Shown: positions 31,387-41,584, counted from the stretch's first letter. The stretch is 64,000 bases of DNA from Pirellulales bacterium (GCA_963733035.1 CAVTBU010000005.1:160001-224000), one strand, 5' to 3'. Notes: generated from the letters alone by a model not told the origin. Program-made: numbers and translations.

Positions 31387-32853
31387 CTAGATCGCTTCGA
31401 ATGGAAACAACGGTTTTCGCCGGTGCTGGTATTTGAGCTGCGTCATGTCGGCGGTTGTAACACCGGGTGTGTTCACGCGCAGCATGGTTGGGCAAATCGA
31501 CGCGTAGGCCGCGACCGGGGCGTGGACGCCCTTGGCGACGATCGCCCGAAACTTCGCCGGATCGATCCCGCAGCTGGTAAGTTGGCCCAGGCTGAACGGC
31601 GCAATGCGGCGACTGGTGAGCATGACGGTCTGTCCGCCCGCGAGTTCCACGACCGCCGTGGGCCCCATGTCGTACTCCGTGCGGCCTCCGTGCCGGGCTT
31701 GCGATTCGTGAAACTTGCCGTCGTATAGCCCGACGACGCGCGCCTTGCCGACAAACGGCTTGCCACAACGCGGGTCGGCCTTCCCGCCGAGCGTCATCTC
31801 GATCGTCTTACCAATGCCAGCTTGCGTGGCGGCTTCCACGGCGTCTGGATCGTAGAGGCTGGCAAACGATTTTGCGACGCCTCCGTCTACCAAGGCCCGC
31901 AGCAGCACCGTTCCGTCGCCCGGCGCGCCGCCGCCGACGTTGTCGCCCATGTCGAGCAGGCAAACGGGTGTCTTGCTGTCGGCGGCTTGCGCTACGGCCG
32001 TGGCCACGTCGATGAACTTCCCGGCAAACGTTTCGCGCCGCAGTCGTAGATGTTCGGCAAAGTTTTCCGCAAGCGAACGGGCCAGGTCCGGTTCGTCGTT
32101 GGTCACCACCAGCACGCTGGTACCCATCTCGCGGACGTCGGCATAGGGAAAGCCCAGCAGCAAACTGGCCGCCAACACCCGATTGTCGGATAGCAAGTCG
32201 CACAGCGCCTCGAAACATTCGCGACATGGTGAGTCGCTGGTACTTTGCCGCTCAATATTGATGGCCAGCGGCGGATACGATGCGGCTTGAGTTGGCTGCA
32301 CCTCCCCACGCAAAATTCGGGCCAGCAACCGGGCCGCTTCGACACCCCGATCGCGTTGATCGAGGTGCGGGTTCGTGCGATAGCTAAGAAGCGCGTTGGT
32401 GGCACGCAACATCGTTTCCGTCAAGTTGGCATGCAAATCGAGCGTGCCGACGATCGGCATCTGGGGTCCCACGCGCGAGCGCAGTTCGCGGAGCCAGGAG
32501 CCGTCCATGTCCGGTGCGTTTTCGGCCACGCCCGCCCCATGCGGTGCCACTAACAGGCCGTCGAGTTGGCCCGCGTTTTTCAACTCGTCGAGCATCTGGG
32601 CCAACAGCGTTTCCAGAGTACGAGCCGTGACAACGCCACCGGGCATGGCCCAGGCCAGGAAGATCGGAACCGCTTCGACTTCGGCTTCGGCCAGGCCGGC
32701 AAAGAACCCGCCTACCTCGTGGTGCGAGTCGGCATAGGCGTCGCGAATTGCCCGGCCGGTTAGCAAGGCACCTTGTTCAAAATCGTTCCGCGTGGTGGCC
32801 CGTTCGCAGAACGTGTTCGACTCGTGCTGCAAGGCAATAATGCCAACCCGCAT
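31387..32853 (-). CDS. M81 family metallopeptidase (MlrC-like)
   Basis: QHESNTF, PHGAGV, LDLHAN, YRTNPHLD, GFPYAD, DMGDNVGGGAPGDGT, VAKGVH. Confidence 0.9.
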   Translation of the reverse strand: MRVGIIALQHESNTFCERATTRNDFEQGALLTGRAIRDAYADSHHEVGGFFAGLAEAEVEAVPIFLAWAMPGGVVTARTLETLLAQMLDELKNAGQLDGLLVAPHGAGVAENAPDMDGSWLRELRSRVGPQMPIVGTLDLHANLTETMLRATNALLSYRTNPHLDQRDRGVEAARLLARILRGEVQPTQAASYPPLAINIERQSTSDSPCRECFEALCDLLSDNRVLAASLLLGFPYADVREMGTSVLVVTNDEPDLARSLAENFAEHLRLRRETFAGKFIDVATAVAQAADSKTPVCLLDMGDNVGGGAPGDGTVLLRALVDGGVAKSFASLYDPDAVEAATQAGIGKTIEMTLGGKADPRCGKPFVGKARVVGLYDGKFHESQARHGGRTEYDMGPTAVVELAGGQTVMLTSRRIAPFSLGQLTSCGIDPAKFRAIVAKGVHAPVAAYASICPTMLRVNTPGVTTADMTQLKYQHRRKPLFPFEAI

Positions 32854-33515
32854 CAGAGCACTCCATATTTTTTGAAGACTTCGCCGGCTTTGCTGCCGGC
32901 GCGGATTTCGTTACGCACGACGTTCTCGGCCGTGACTTTCTGCCAGGCCTTGGCAATCGCTTCGGCTTCGACGGCGCTGGGCACTACGACTGCGCCGTCA
33001 TCGTCGGCCAGTAACAAATCTCCCGGTTCGATCTTCACGCCGCCGATTTCCACCGGCACGTCAACCGCCACCACACGCTGCCGGTGCATGCTGTCGAGCG
33101 GGCACGTTCCCCGCGCAAATACGAGAAAGCCCATTGCACGGGTCGGCGCAACGTCGCGCACCGCGCCATCCACTAGCGCCCCTGCGCAGCCCCGGTTGCG
33201 GGCGGCCGTCGAAAGCAACTCGCCCCAGATACCCGACCGCATCGAACCATTTGCGGCGGCGACGATCAACTCGTCGCGTTCGCACTGGTCGACCGCTTGC
33301 AGCTCGAGTTCATAGGGCCGCGGATCGTGGTGCTCCACGTCTTCCCACAGCGTCGGCTTGGCGCGTCCGATGAGCAGCCCCGCGCCGCTTTGCCTGGGCA
33401 ATGAGATACCGAGCGATTGGTGACGCAGCCCGAGCGCGTCGAGAACATCCGCCACGACGGCCGTATACAGTACGGTGCGCAGGCTGGGAATATCTTGCGG
33501 GGCGTCGGCGGTCAT
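32853..33515 (-). CDS. RraA family protein (HMG/CHA aldolase-like)
   Basis: YTAVVADVLD, WGELLSTAA, GALVDGAVRD, GDLLLADDDGAVVVP; coupled to the M81 gene by TGATG. Confidence 0.88.
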   Translation of the reverse strand: MTADAPQDIPSLRTVLYTAVVADVLDALGLRHQSLGISLPRQSGAGLLIGRAKPTLWEDVEHHDPRPYELELQAVDQCERDELIVAAANGSMRSGIWGELLSTAARNRGCAGALVDGAVRDVAPTRAMGFLVFARGTCPLDSMHRQRVVAVDVPVEIGGVKIEPGDLLLADDDGAVVVPSAVEAEAIAKAWQKVTAENVVRNEIRAGSKAGEVFKKYGVL

Positions 33516-33785
33516 GGCGCGTGGGGGAGGTTCGATTGCCAGGGAGATGGCCCGCGGGCACCAAGCGCGAATCCGCCATCTTTCGCGCTGCCCGACTGGC
33601 CCGCAGTATACACGCTTTGTCAGCCGTGTGCAGCCGCCGGGCGCGATTGTAGCGTCATTGCCGGCTGCGCCGCCCCCCAGCGGACGTCATCGTTGCGCTT
33701 TGCTGAAGCCTGATGCGCTAAACGTGGCGTATGTTTCTTGGGGCAGAGCCCTGGTAGAAGTGAAAACGAAACCATGGGGTGAGTA

Positions 33786-34157
33786 ATGGCGATGCGGGCA
33801 GAAGAAAAACCAACGCTGATTTCGCCGGGCAAGGCGATCTATCAGTTGATCGTCGAAGCCAAGGCGGCTCTCAAAACCGACCGTCGTGCGGAAGTGCGAT
33901 ACGCGTTCTTTCGGCCGGTCTCGGTCGAACTGGACGATGGCCACCGCTACTCGGCGTTTACGCGCGAAATCTCCGAGACCGGCATCGGCCTGATCCACAA
34001 TATGGATCTCCCCGAGGGCGAGGTCGAAGTCAGCATTCGTAGCGATTGCGGCTATTCGATTCGCGTGCGAACGAGAGTCATCTGGTGCCAATCGTGCGGC
34101 GAAGGATGGTACATCAGCGGCTGCCGTTTTATCGGCATCGCCTCGATCGGCCGCTAG
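33786..34157 (+). CDS. Stand-alone PilZ domain protein
   Basis: RRAEVR (RxxxR), EISETG (D/NxSxxG variant), V.WC...GWYISG..F ending. Confidence 0.82.
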   Translation: MAMRAEEKPTLISPGKAIYQLIVEAKAALKTDRRAEVRYAFFRPVSVELDDGHRYSAFTREISETGIGLIHNMDLPEGEVEVSIRSDCGYSIRVRTRVIWCQSCGEGWYISGCRFIGIASIGR

Positions 34158-34599
34158 GAGAGTTCCCCACCAAAAAATAAATCGGCCGGCATCGAGGCAC
34201 GCTTCAACGAGCGGCCACCGGCACTCCGCGAAACCTCTTGGCGACGGCGGCCCGGTCCGCTCTTTTCGTCCGATTCGGCCGTTGTCCCCACGCGGGATAT
34301 CGGTCGGGTTCTGCGAAAGGGTCGGACCGGGCTCCTCGCTTTTTACGGCGCCGACTCTTGCCCGAAGCGGTGCTGAGACTCGCCGACCCTTTCTTCTCTA
34401 GCCGCTCCAGATCGGAAACGAAATGCACGGGCGGCCCGATCCGCTGGAGCTGTCGCACCGGGCCGCCAGCACACGAACCGATTGGAATTGCTGGGCGTTC
34501 CGCGGCGTCCGTCGAGAAAGCATGGATTTCAGCGGCCCCCGTCGGTACGATCCAGGCTGCCTTGAACGACTTCGGGACCCGGCACAAAGAAAGACACCG

Positions 34600-35544
34600 A
34601 TGAAATCTTGCCTCTCCCTTTCCCTCGCGGCCATCGCATGCTCGGTCGCCCTGCCCCTCCAGGCACAACATCGGCTCATTACCCAAGGAGACGGTCAACT
34701 TGCCATCGTCGGGCGCGACGGGCAGGTCGAATGGCAAATGCCCTGGGGCGGAATTCACGATCTGCATGTGCTGCCCAATGGCAACATCATGGTGCAACAG
34801 GGTGCCAGCAAAGTCGTCGAAATCGACCGCGGCCGCCGCGAGGTCGTCTGGTCGTACGACTCGGCTATCTCCAACGGCAACAAAGGCCACAAGGTCGAGG
34901 TGCATTCGTTTCAGCCGCTGGACGACGGCCGCGTGATGATTGCCGAGAGCGGACCGGCCCGGATCATCGAAATCGATCGTCAGGGTCGGCTGCTACACGC
35001 CGTCAAGCTCCAGGTCAACCATCCGCATCCCCATACCGACACTCGCCTGGTGCGTAAACTGTCCGATGGCCACTATCTCGTTTGCCACGAGGGAGACGGC
35101 GTGGTACGCGAGTACGATCAGGCCGGAAACGTGACCTGGCAGTTCGACGTGCCGCTGTTCGGCAAGCAGCCCCTGCCGGGTCACGGCCCCGAGGCCTACG
35201 GCAACAAGTGCTTCGCGGCCGTTCGCCTGCCCAGCGGCAACACCCTCGTCAGCACCGGAAACGGCCACGGCGTGCTCGAAGTCACGCCCGAGAAGGAAAT
35301 CGTCTGGCAGCTCCAGCAGCGCGACCTGCCCGGCATCACGCTGGCCTGGGTCACGACGCTCGAAGTTCTTCCGGGCGGCCACCTCGTGCTGGGAAACTGC
35401 CACGCCGGCCCGGGCCAGCCGCTACTCGTCGAGCTCGACCCCAAGACCAAACAGGTCATCTGGACGTTCAACCAGTACGAAACCTTCGGCAATTCCGTTT
35501 CGAACTCGCAGATTCTCGATGCGGGCAAGGATACGCTTCGCTAG
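34600..35544 (+). CDS. Secreted beta-propeller protein (PQQ-like/arylsulfotransferase-like)
   Basis: Signal peptide; repeated L.NG..L...V.E.D..G..VW blades. Confidence 0.75.
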   Translation: MKSCLSLSLAAIACSVALPLQAQHRLITQGDGQLAIVGRDGQVEWQMPWGGIHDLHVLPNGNIMVQQGASKVVEIDRGRREVVWSYDSAISNGNKGHKVEVHSFQPLDDGRVMIAESGPARIIEIDRQGRLLHAVKLQVNHPHPHTDTRLVRKLSDGHYLVCHEGDGVVREYDQAGNVTWQFDVPLFGKQPLPGHGPEAYGNKCFAAVRLPSGNTLVSTGNGHGVLEVTPEKEIVWQLQQRDLPGITLAWVTTLEVLPGGHLVLGNCHAGPGQPLLVELDPKTKQVIWTFNQYETFGNSVSNSQILDAGKDTLR

Positions 35545-35584
35545 TCGAGCGTGACGGCGTGCCGTTTTACCGAATGCAGTCAAC

Positions 35585-36226
35585 GTGGATATTCGCACAA
35601 GCTACGATTCTGCGGCCGAGGCGTACGCTGAACATCTCGCTTCCGAGTTGACGCAAAAGCCACTTGACCGTCATTTGCTTGATCGGTTTGCCGAAGAAAT
35701 GCGCGGCCGCGGTCCGATTGCCGACCTGGGCTGCGGTCCTGGACACATTGCTCGATATCTTCATGACCAGGGCGTTGACGTCTTTGGAATCGATTTTTCC
35801 GCGGAGATGATTCGAGTCGCAAAGAGCCGCAACCCTGGCATTGAGTTCCGCGTTGGTGATATGAACCGGCTTGAGCTGCCCGACGGATCTCTCGCGGGGG
35901 CCGTCGCGTTCTATTCCATCGTCCATCTGGATCCGTGCGAGCTCCCTCAAGTCCTGCAGGAGCTCCGGCGGGTCGTCGTTGCCGATGGCCTGGCGCTCGT
36001 CGCGTTTCATATCGGCGACCAGGTAGTTCACGTTGAAGAATTGTTCGGGGCGAAGGTATCGTTAGACTTTCGCTTTTTTGAGCCCAGCAAAGTTGTCGAA
36101 GCGTTCCAATCTGCCGGTTTCAAAGTCATTGAGCACGTCGAGCGTGAACCCTACGAGAAAGCGGAGTACCCAAGTCGACGGTGTTATCTCCTGGCAAGGA
36201 CTACCCAAAAAGAGCAAGACGAGTGA
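35585..36226 (+). CDS. Class I SAM-dependent methyltransferase
   Basis: ADLGCGPGH, GIDFSAEM, GDM..L, FYSIVH. Confidence 0.9.
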   Translation: MDIRTSYDSAAEAYAEHLASELTQKPLDRHLLDRFAEEMRGRGPIADLGCGPGHIARYLHDQGVDVFGIDFSAEMIRVAKSRNPGIEFRVGDMNRLELPDGSLAGAVAFYSIVHLDPCELPQVLQELRRVVVADGLALVAFHIGDQVVHVEELFGAKVSLDFRFFEPSKVVEAFQSAGFKVIEHVEREPYEKAEYPSRRCYLLARTTQKEQDE

Positions 36227-36396
36227 TTATTTGCGCGAGGGTCGCCCCTTAGCCGTAACTTTCAAGTTACCGGCGAACACAGGTTTGTCTCAGTCCCGCT
36301 GTCGGGCCCCTTCGCGTCTCGCGGCGCTTTGAGCGTTGGATGAACAACGGACATCGACCACGACCAGCTGTACCGTTCGCCTGCCACCTCCCGCTG

Positions 36397-37695
36397 CTAG
36401 TACGGAATCGACAGGCTCATCGTCGCGAAATGAGCGTTGGCCCGATACGTGCTGCCGTTGAATTGGCCGCCAATCAGGGAGCTGGTGCCGACGTGTCGGG
36501 GGTGGCCGTGCGAGTACTGATAAGCCGCGTTGAAGATGACTCGCCGCAATTTACGACTGAAGCCAATGCTGAACACGTGTTGTCGCACGCCACCGAGGAA
36601 CGGATTGAACGTCGAGTCGGGTGCCGGGCTCGGTTGATAGTCGTAGCCGAGGCGGAGCACGTCGACATCACTAAGATCGGCCTCGTAACCGAGTCGGAAG
36701 GCGACCGTGTCCGTCCACCTGAGCGGCACATCCTGATTGACTGGCAGCGACCCGCCGGCGGTGGCCAGCGCTGCTCGAATCGCCGGGTTGCTGGGGTCGT
36801 ACAACACCAGGTTGATGTCGCTGAAGGCATGGGCCCAATCGGTCCACACCATGTCAACCGCGATCCGGCGGTGGGGGCAAAGGTCGTGCTTGATGCCAAT
36901 GGCCACGCTGCGCGGCCAGCGAAGGTGGATCTTGCTGTCAAAGCGGCTCGCGATAAACGAGCCGTCGAACAGCGTGGCGTTGGTCGCCCCGTGCATCCAA
37001 AACGTACTTTGCGACGTGTAGGTGGCACCAATCCGAGTGTTTTCCGTCAGTTTGTACTGCATTCCAAAAGCCCCGACCGGTGCCACTCCGGTGCCGCGCG
37101 TATCGAGCAGCGCCGGCGTGCCGGCCAGCGAGCCCGATTGCAGAAAGGCGGGCCCGTTAAATGCGGCATACGACAAACCGACGCCCAGGGAAAGCCCCAG
37201 CGCCAAGCGGTCGGTGGCGCGATACGCCATCGCCGGGACTAGCTTGACCAAGGCTCCCTTCGAGCTCGACAGGCTGGGCCCGAAGGTCGGATTGTTGAGC
37301 GCGCCGTAGCTGGCGCCGAAGGCGGACGGAGCAAACAAGCCGACGCCGAACGCCCATTGACCGCTGGGCGTCTTCCTTGTGATGCCCAACACCGGCCCCG
37401 GCTGGGGTCGCACCTTGGCATTGACATCGTTGCCGTAGGAATCGGAGTAATGGCTGGTGGAGATCGCCGTGGCAACACCGAGTTCAATCAGGCCGTCCCC
37501 ATCCACGTTAACCATGCTGGCCGGGTTATCGAGGATCATCTCCGCGTTGTCGGCGAAGGCCTGGTTGGCGCCGCCGCGGCCGGTTGGAATCGGCCCCAGG
37601 CCATCGCGACTGAGACTGCTGGCCCGTACCGCAACGGCACTGCAGAACCAAATCCCGGCCAGCAGAATCGCAGCCCTCAGGTGGCGAAGCTCCAT
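36397..37695 (-). CDS. OmpP1/FadL/TodX family outer-membrane hydrophobic-compound transporter
   Basis: Signal peptide; hatch motif GRGGA..A.ADNA....DNPA; W.D....RLGYE; C-terminal aromatic residue. Confidence 0.85.
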   Translation of the reverse strand: MELRHLRAAILLAGIWFCSAVAVRASSLSRDGLGPIPTGRGGANQAFADNAEMILDNPASMVNVDGDGLIELGVATAISTSHYSDSYGNDVNAKVRPQPGPVLGITRKTPSGQWAFGVGLFAPSAFGASYGALNNPTFGPSLSSSKGALVKLVPAMAYRATDRLALGLSLGVGLSYAAFNGPAFLQSGSLAGTPALLDTRGTGVAPVGAFGMQYKLTENTRIGATYTSQSTFWMHGATNATLFDGSFIASRFDSKIHLRWPRSVAIGIKHDLCPHRRIAVDMVWTDWAHAFSDINLVLYDPSNPAIRAALATAGGSLPVNQDVPLRWTDTVAFRLGYEADLSDVDVLRLGYDYQPSPAPDSTFNPFLGGVRQHVFSIGFSRKLRRVIFNAAYQYSHGHPRHVGTSSLIGGQFNGSTYRANAHFATMSLSIPY

Positions 37696-38542
37696 CGGAT
37701 CGGCCCTCTCCGTCGCCTCAATGACACTGCGCACAGGCGGCAAAACCCCCGAGCTTACCTAACCGGAACACTCGAGGCGCAAGTTGAAGGGTTGTATAGA
37801 CTTGATCGTCGATCCCCCCAGGCTGACTCGAAAGAATCGCCGGAAGAACTGCTACAACCCGTCCCATCGGACGCTGCAAAGCCAGCCTAGGCCGCCGCGA
37901 CCGGTCCATGTTCGGGTGCTTTGCTGGCACGCCGACGCAGCAGGGAAATTGTGGACACAAGATCATTGCGCCGGATGCCGTATGGCAGGCCCGATCGATG
38001 GACTTACCCATTGTTGCCCGCCGCTGAAAGATCGGCGCCGCTCGTCTCCCCCGCGGTTTGCATCCCGACAAAAACTGAATCGAATTCCGCGCTTGAAATC
38101 GGGCCAGCACCTGCGGCATACTCACCCGCGGTCGGATGGCCTGCGACGTGTGGACGAGCAACAAGCCTGGGACCTTGGTTGTCTTGTCTTTGGAACCTGC
38201 CCATCCCCGCCGACACGTTTCGGCGGCACGAGGATTACGGGGTTCGCTTGCGTCCACATGTTCGCCGCTTGGCCGCGCAGATACGACGGCGCCGGGGATA
38301 CCACGGCGCTGCAACTTGCGCGGCAGGTCTGGCTGTCTTTGCCGCACGAAGGTTTTTTAGCCTGGCTTGGCGGTGGCGGAAGCCGCCGTCACTTGACGTA
38401 CTGGTAAAACGAGTGCTTCGTGCTGCATGCCGCGTGTCGCGCCGCTCGGTCGATGGCCGAGGAGTGACCAACCATTAACCACTTTCAAAGTCCAATCCCG
38501 GCTCAACCGAGCACGACACGCTTCTGTTTTTAAAAAGCGTCC

Positions 38543-38588
38543 AACCAAACGCCGCGCGCACCCTTGCGCGCTGGCGTTTGGTTTTTTT
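38543..38588 (+). terminator. Rho-independent terminator-like hairpin upstream of the P450 promoter
   Basis: AACCAAACGCC-GCGCGCA cccT TGCGCGC-t-GGCGTTTGGTT followed by a T run. Confidence 0.65.
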
Positions 38589-38591
38589 CAC

Positions 38592-38640
38592 TTGTACTCC
38601 ATCATCCACTCGCTAGAATGAACAATATACATATTCATTC
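38592..38640 (+). promoter_or_regulatory. P450-tetR promoter with an inverted-repeat operator
   Basis: TTGTAC, 16 nt, TAGAAT (38614-38619); GAATGAA-N11-TTCATTC at 38616-38640 overlaps the -10 and the predicted start site. Confidence 0.6.
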
Positions 38641-38670
38641 ATTATTCATTTTGGGCTGGAGGCTCAAGTC

Positions 38671-40083
38671 ATGAGCGGTCCATCGTCCGCCGTTGCCCAT
38701 CCGCAGCATGCCGGTCCGTCCGCGGTCACAAGTTCTGGACCCGCGAAAATCTGGCCCGAGGTGCGCGGTACGCGTCTGCTCGGTTGCTTGCGGCAGGTGC
38801 AGAACGAGCCGTTGTCGCTCTACCGAAATGCCTGGCAGAAGCACGGCGACTACATTAAGTTTCGCGTCCTGCCGAAAGTCTACATGTACCTGCTCGCCCA
38901 TCCCGCGGCGATCGAGTACGTGTTGCACACGAACCTCAAGAACTATCGCAAACCCGACTCATTCAACCATTCGGTGCAGCTGCTGGCGGGCAATGGCATT
39001 CTGACCAGTGAAGGGGAATTCTGGCGCACCCAGCGGCGGCTGATGCAGCCGGCCTTCTCGCGCAACTCCGTGGCTTCGATCGGCGTGCACATGACGGATT
39101 CGCTCGGTCGCTTCGTCGACGAATGGAGCGCGGCCGGCGACGCCCGCCAGGTCGACGTGCTTCCCGAGATGATGCGTCTGGGCTTGCGAATCGCCAGCCG
39201 CACGCTGATGGGCACCGACATCAGCGACGACGCCGACGCCATTGGCCAGGCCTACCGCACGACGTTTGAATACGTCAGCCTGAAAATGAACGGCCACTTG
39301 ATGTTCTCGCCGCTCTGGCTGCCGACCCGCCTCAACCGCGAGTTCCGCGCGGCCAAATCGCTGTTGGATGGTGTCGTAATGGATCTGATCGCCCGCCGGC
39401 GCCGGGAGCCGGAGCACAACGACGTGTTGGGGCGGCTCATCGCCGCGCAAGACGAGGAGTCGGGCATCGGCATGACCGACTCACAACTGCGCGACGAAGT
39501 GATCACGCTGCTCACGGCCGGTCACGAAACCGGCGGCGCGGCGCTTTCCTGGGCCCTCTATCTCCTTGCCAAACATCCCGATGCGCAGCAGCAGCTGCAC
39601 GACGAGGTACATGCGGTGCTTGAAAATCGCCCCGCCTGCGTGACCGACCTGCCCCAGATGCCGCTGGCCACGGCTATTTTCGAAGAAACGTTGCGACTCT
39701 ATCCGCCGGCGTGGGGCATGCCGCGTGAAACACTGGCCGCCGATGAGGTCCTTGGCTATCCGATCCCCGCCAAATCGACCCTGATGCTCTCGCAGCTACT
39801 GGCCCACCGGCATCCCGATTTCTGGAGCAAGCCCGATCAGTTCGATCCGGCGCAGTTTCTCGGCACGCACGATCGGGCGAAGTTCGCGTACTTCCCGTTT
39901 GGCGGCGGTGCGCGTATCTGCATCGGCAACCATATGGCGATGCTCGAAGGACCGCTGGCGCTGGCCACCTTGGTCGATCGGTTTCATTTCACGTTGGTGC
40001 CGAATCAACAAATCGTGCCCGACCCCACGTTCACCCTGCGACCCAAATACGGCGTGCAACTCGTCGTGCGAAAGCGATCATGA
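38671..40083 (+). CDS. Cytochrome P450
   Basis: I-helix AGHET, K-helix EETLRLYPP, heme ligand FGGGARICIG. Confidence 0.96.
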   Translation: MSGPSSAVAHPQHAGPSAVTSSGPAKIWPEVRGTRLLGCLRQVQNEPLSLYRNAWQKHGDYIKFRVLPKVYMYLLAHPAAIEYVLHTNLKNYRKPDSFNHSVQLLAGNGILTSEGEFWRTQRRLMQPAFSRNSVASIGVHMTDSLGRFVDEWSAAGDARQVDVLPEMMRLGLRIASRTLMGTDISDDADAIGQAYRTTFEYVSLKMNGHLMFSPLWLPTRLNREFRAAKSLLDGVVMDLIARRRREPEHNDVLGRLIAAQDEESGIGMTDSQLRDEVITLLTAGHETGGAALSWALYLLAKHPDAQQQLHDEVHAVLENRPACVTDLPQMPLATAIFEETLRLYPPAWGMPRETLAADEVLGYPIPAKSTLMLSQLLAHRHPDFWSKPDQFDPAQFLGTHDRAKFAYFPFGGGARICIGNHMAMLEGPLALATLVDRFHFTLVPNQQIVPDPTFTLRPKYGVQLVVRKRS

Positions 40084-40706
40084 GCAAAGAGCAGGCAATT
40101 GTCGAAGCGGCCGCCAAGCGATTTCGCCACTACGGCATCGGCAAGACCACCATGCAAGAAATCGCCCAGGACGCCGGCATGGCCGTGGGGACGCTGTATT
40201 TGTATTTTGCCAACAAGGACGCGCTGGTCGTGGCCTGTGCCGAGAAGTTTGCCGAGCGCCATCGCCGCGAAGCCGCCGAGGTGCTGGCCTCCAAGGTTCC
40301 GGCCGACATGAAGCTGCGACGTTACATCCTGGCTCGGTTTCGCCAGACCGAGGAAACCCGCACTGCCTCCCCCCACGCCGCGGAGATCACCCGTGCCGTG
40401 TTGCGGGTCAAGCCCAATCGAATTCAGGAAGACGGGATGATGATTTGGGAGGTCGTCGTCAAGATCCTCGCCGAGGGCAACGCGGCGGGGCTATTTCGAG
40501 TGGCCGACCCGCGGCGCGATGCGAAGGTGTTTCTGTACTCGTTGGCGGCGTTCTTTCCCAATGCGCTTTCTCCGCCGCCCGTCGAGCCAAAGGAAGTCGA
40601 CCTGATGCAAGTGATTGACTGGTTTCTCGACGTGTGGAAGACGGGATCTCGCACCAAGTCTACAAGTGGTCCGCGCCGCCGAACAGCGCGCTTGCGCGGA
40701 AAGTGA
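40080..40706 (+). CDS. TetR/AcrR family transcriptional regulator
   Basis: FRHYGIGKTTMQEIAQDAGMAVGTLYLYFANK; ATGA overlap with the P450 gene. Confidence 0.92.
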   Translation: MSKEQAIVEAAAKRFRHYGIGKTTMQEIAQDAGMAVGTLYLYFANKDALVVACAEKFAERHRREAAEVLASKVPADMKLRRYILARFRQTEETRTASPHAAEITRAVLRVKPNRIQEDGMMIWEVVVKILAEGNAAGLFRVADPRRDAKVFLYSLAAFFPNALSPPPVEPKEVDLMQVIDWFLDVWKTGSRTKSTSGPRRRTARLRGK

Positions 40707-40771
40707 ACCCGACAACGCTTGCCGGTGTCTTGCGGGCGTTCGTCTTCCGTCAACCCGCATGAGGCATACGT

Positions 40772-41584
40772 ATGTCCGCCAAATCCAGCCTTCCAATGTA
40801 TCTCATCGACGCTTTCGCCGAACGCCCTTTTACCGGAAACTCGGCGGCGGTGTGCCTGTTGGATGCCTGGCCCAGCGATAGCTGGTTGCAGAGTGTCGCG
40901 GCGGAAATGAAACATTCGGAAACGGCATTTCTGGTCCGCGACGGGGATGGTTTTCACCTGCGGTGGTTCACGCCAGGCGTCGAAGTGGCGCTGTGTGGCC
41001 ATGCAACATTGGCCAGCGCCCATGTGCTGTTGAGCACCGGCGCGGTCGATTCGAACCGAAGTATTCCTTTTACGACGCTGAGCGGCGTGCTCGCGGCGAA
41101 GTCGTGTGGCGAAGAGATCGAGCTCGACTTTCCCGCCACGCCCGCCGAAGATGCCGCGCCGCCGCCAGGCCTGCTCGAGGCGCTCGGTGTCCAGGCCGCG
41201 TATGTCGGTAGAAATCGTTTCGATTACCTGGTTGAAGTTGCCAGCGAGAGCCAGGTGCGTGCGCTCCAGCCGGACTTTCGCAGCCTGGCCGCGGTCGAGT
41301 GTCGTGGCGTGATCGTGACGGCCCCGGCCGACAGCGATCGATTCGATTTCGTGTCGCGGTTCTTCGCGCCGGCCGCCGGCATCGACGAAGACCCGGTCAC
41401 CGGCAGCGCGCACTGCGCGTTGGGTCCGTTCTGGCAGCAGCGTCTGGGTAAGGCGGAACTGCGCGCATTCCAGGCTTCCGCACGCGGCGGGGCCGTGGGG
41501 GTTGTGGTCGACGGCAGTCGAGTTCGCTTGCGCGGCCGGGCAATAACAATTATGAAGGCAGAACTGCTGGTCGCGGCCGATTGA
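40772..41584 (+). CDS. PhzF family isomerase
   Basis: DAFAERPFTGNSAAV, SETAF, LRWFTP..EVALCGHATLA, EDPVTGSAH. Confidence 0.92.
   Translation: MSAKSSLPMYLIDAFAERPFTGNSAAVCLLDAWPSDSWLQSVAAEMKHSETAFLVRDGDGFHLRWFTPGVEVALCGHATLASAHVLLSTGAVDSNRSIPFTTLSGVLAAKSCGEEIELDFPATPAEDAAPPPGLLEALGVQAAYVGRNRFDYLVEVASESQVRALQPDFRSLAAVECRGVIVTAPADSDRFDFVSRFFAPAAGIDEDPVTGSAHCALGPFWQQRLGKAELRAFQASARGGAVGVVVDGSRVRLRGRAITIMKAELLVAAD

Noticed and set aside
37718..38478. Overlapping 185-209 aa ORFs on both strands
   Set aside because: Arg/Pro/Cys-rich non-coding-like composition and no motifs; the region is reported as unexplained instead.
40772..41584. Phenazine biosynthesis
   Set aside because: Stand-alone PhzF-like gene with no other phz genes.
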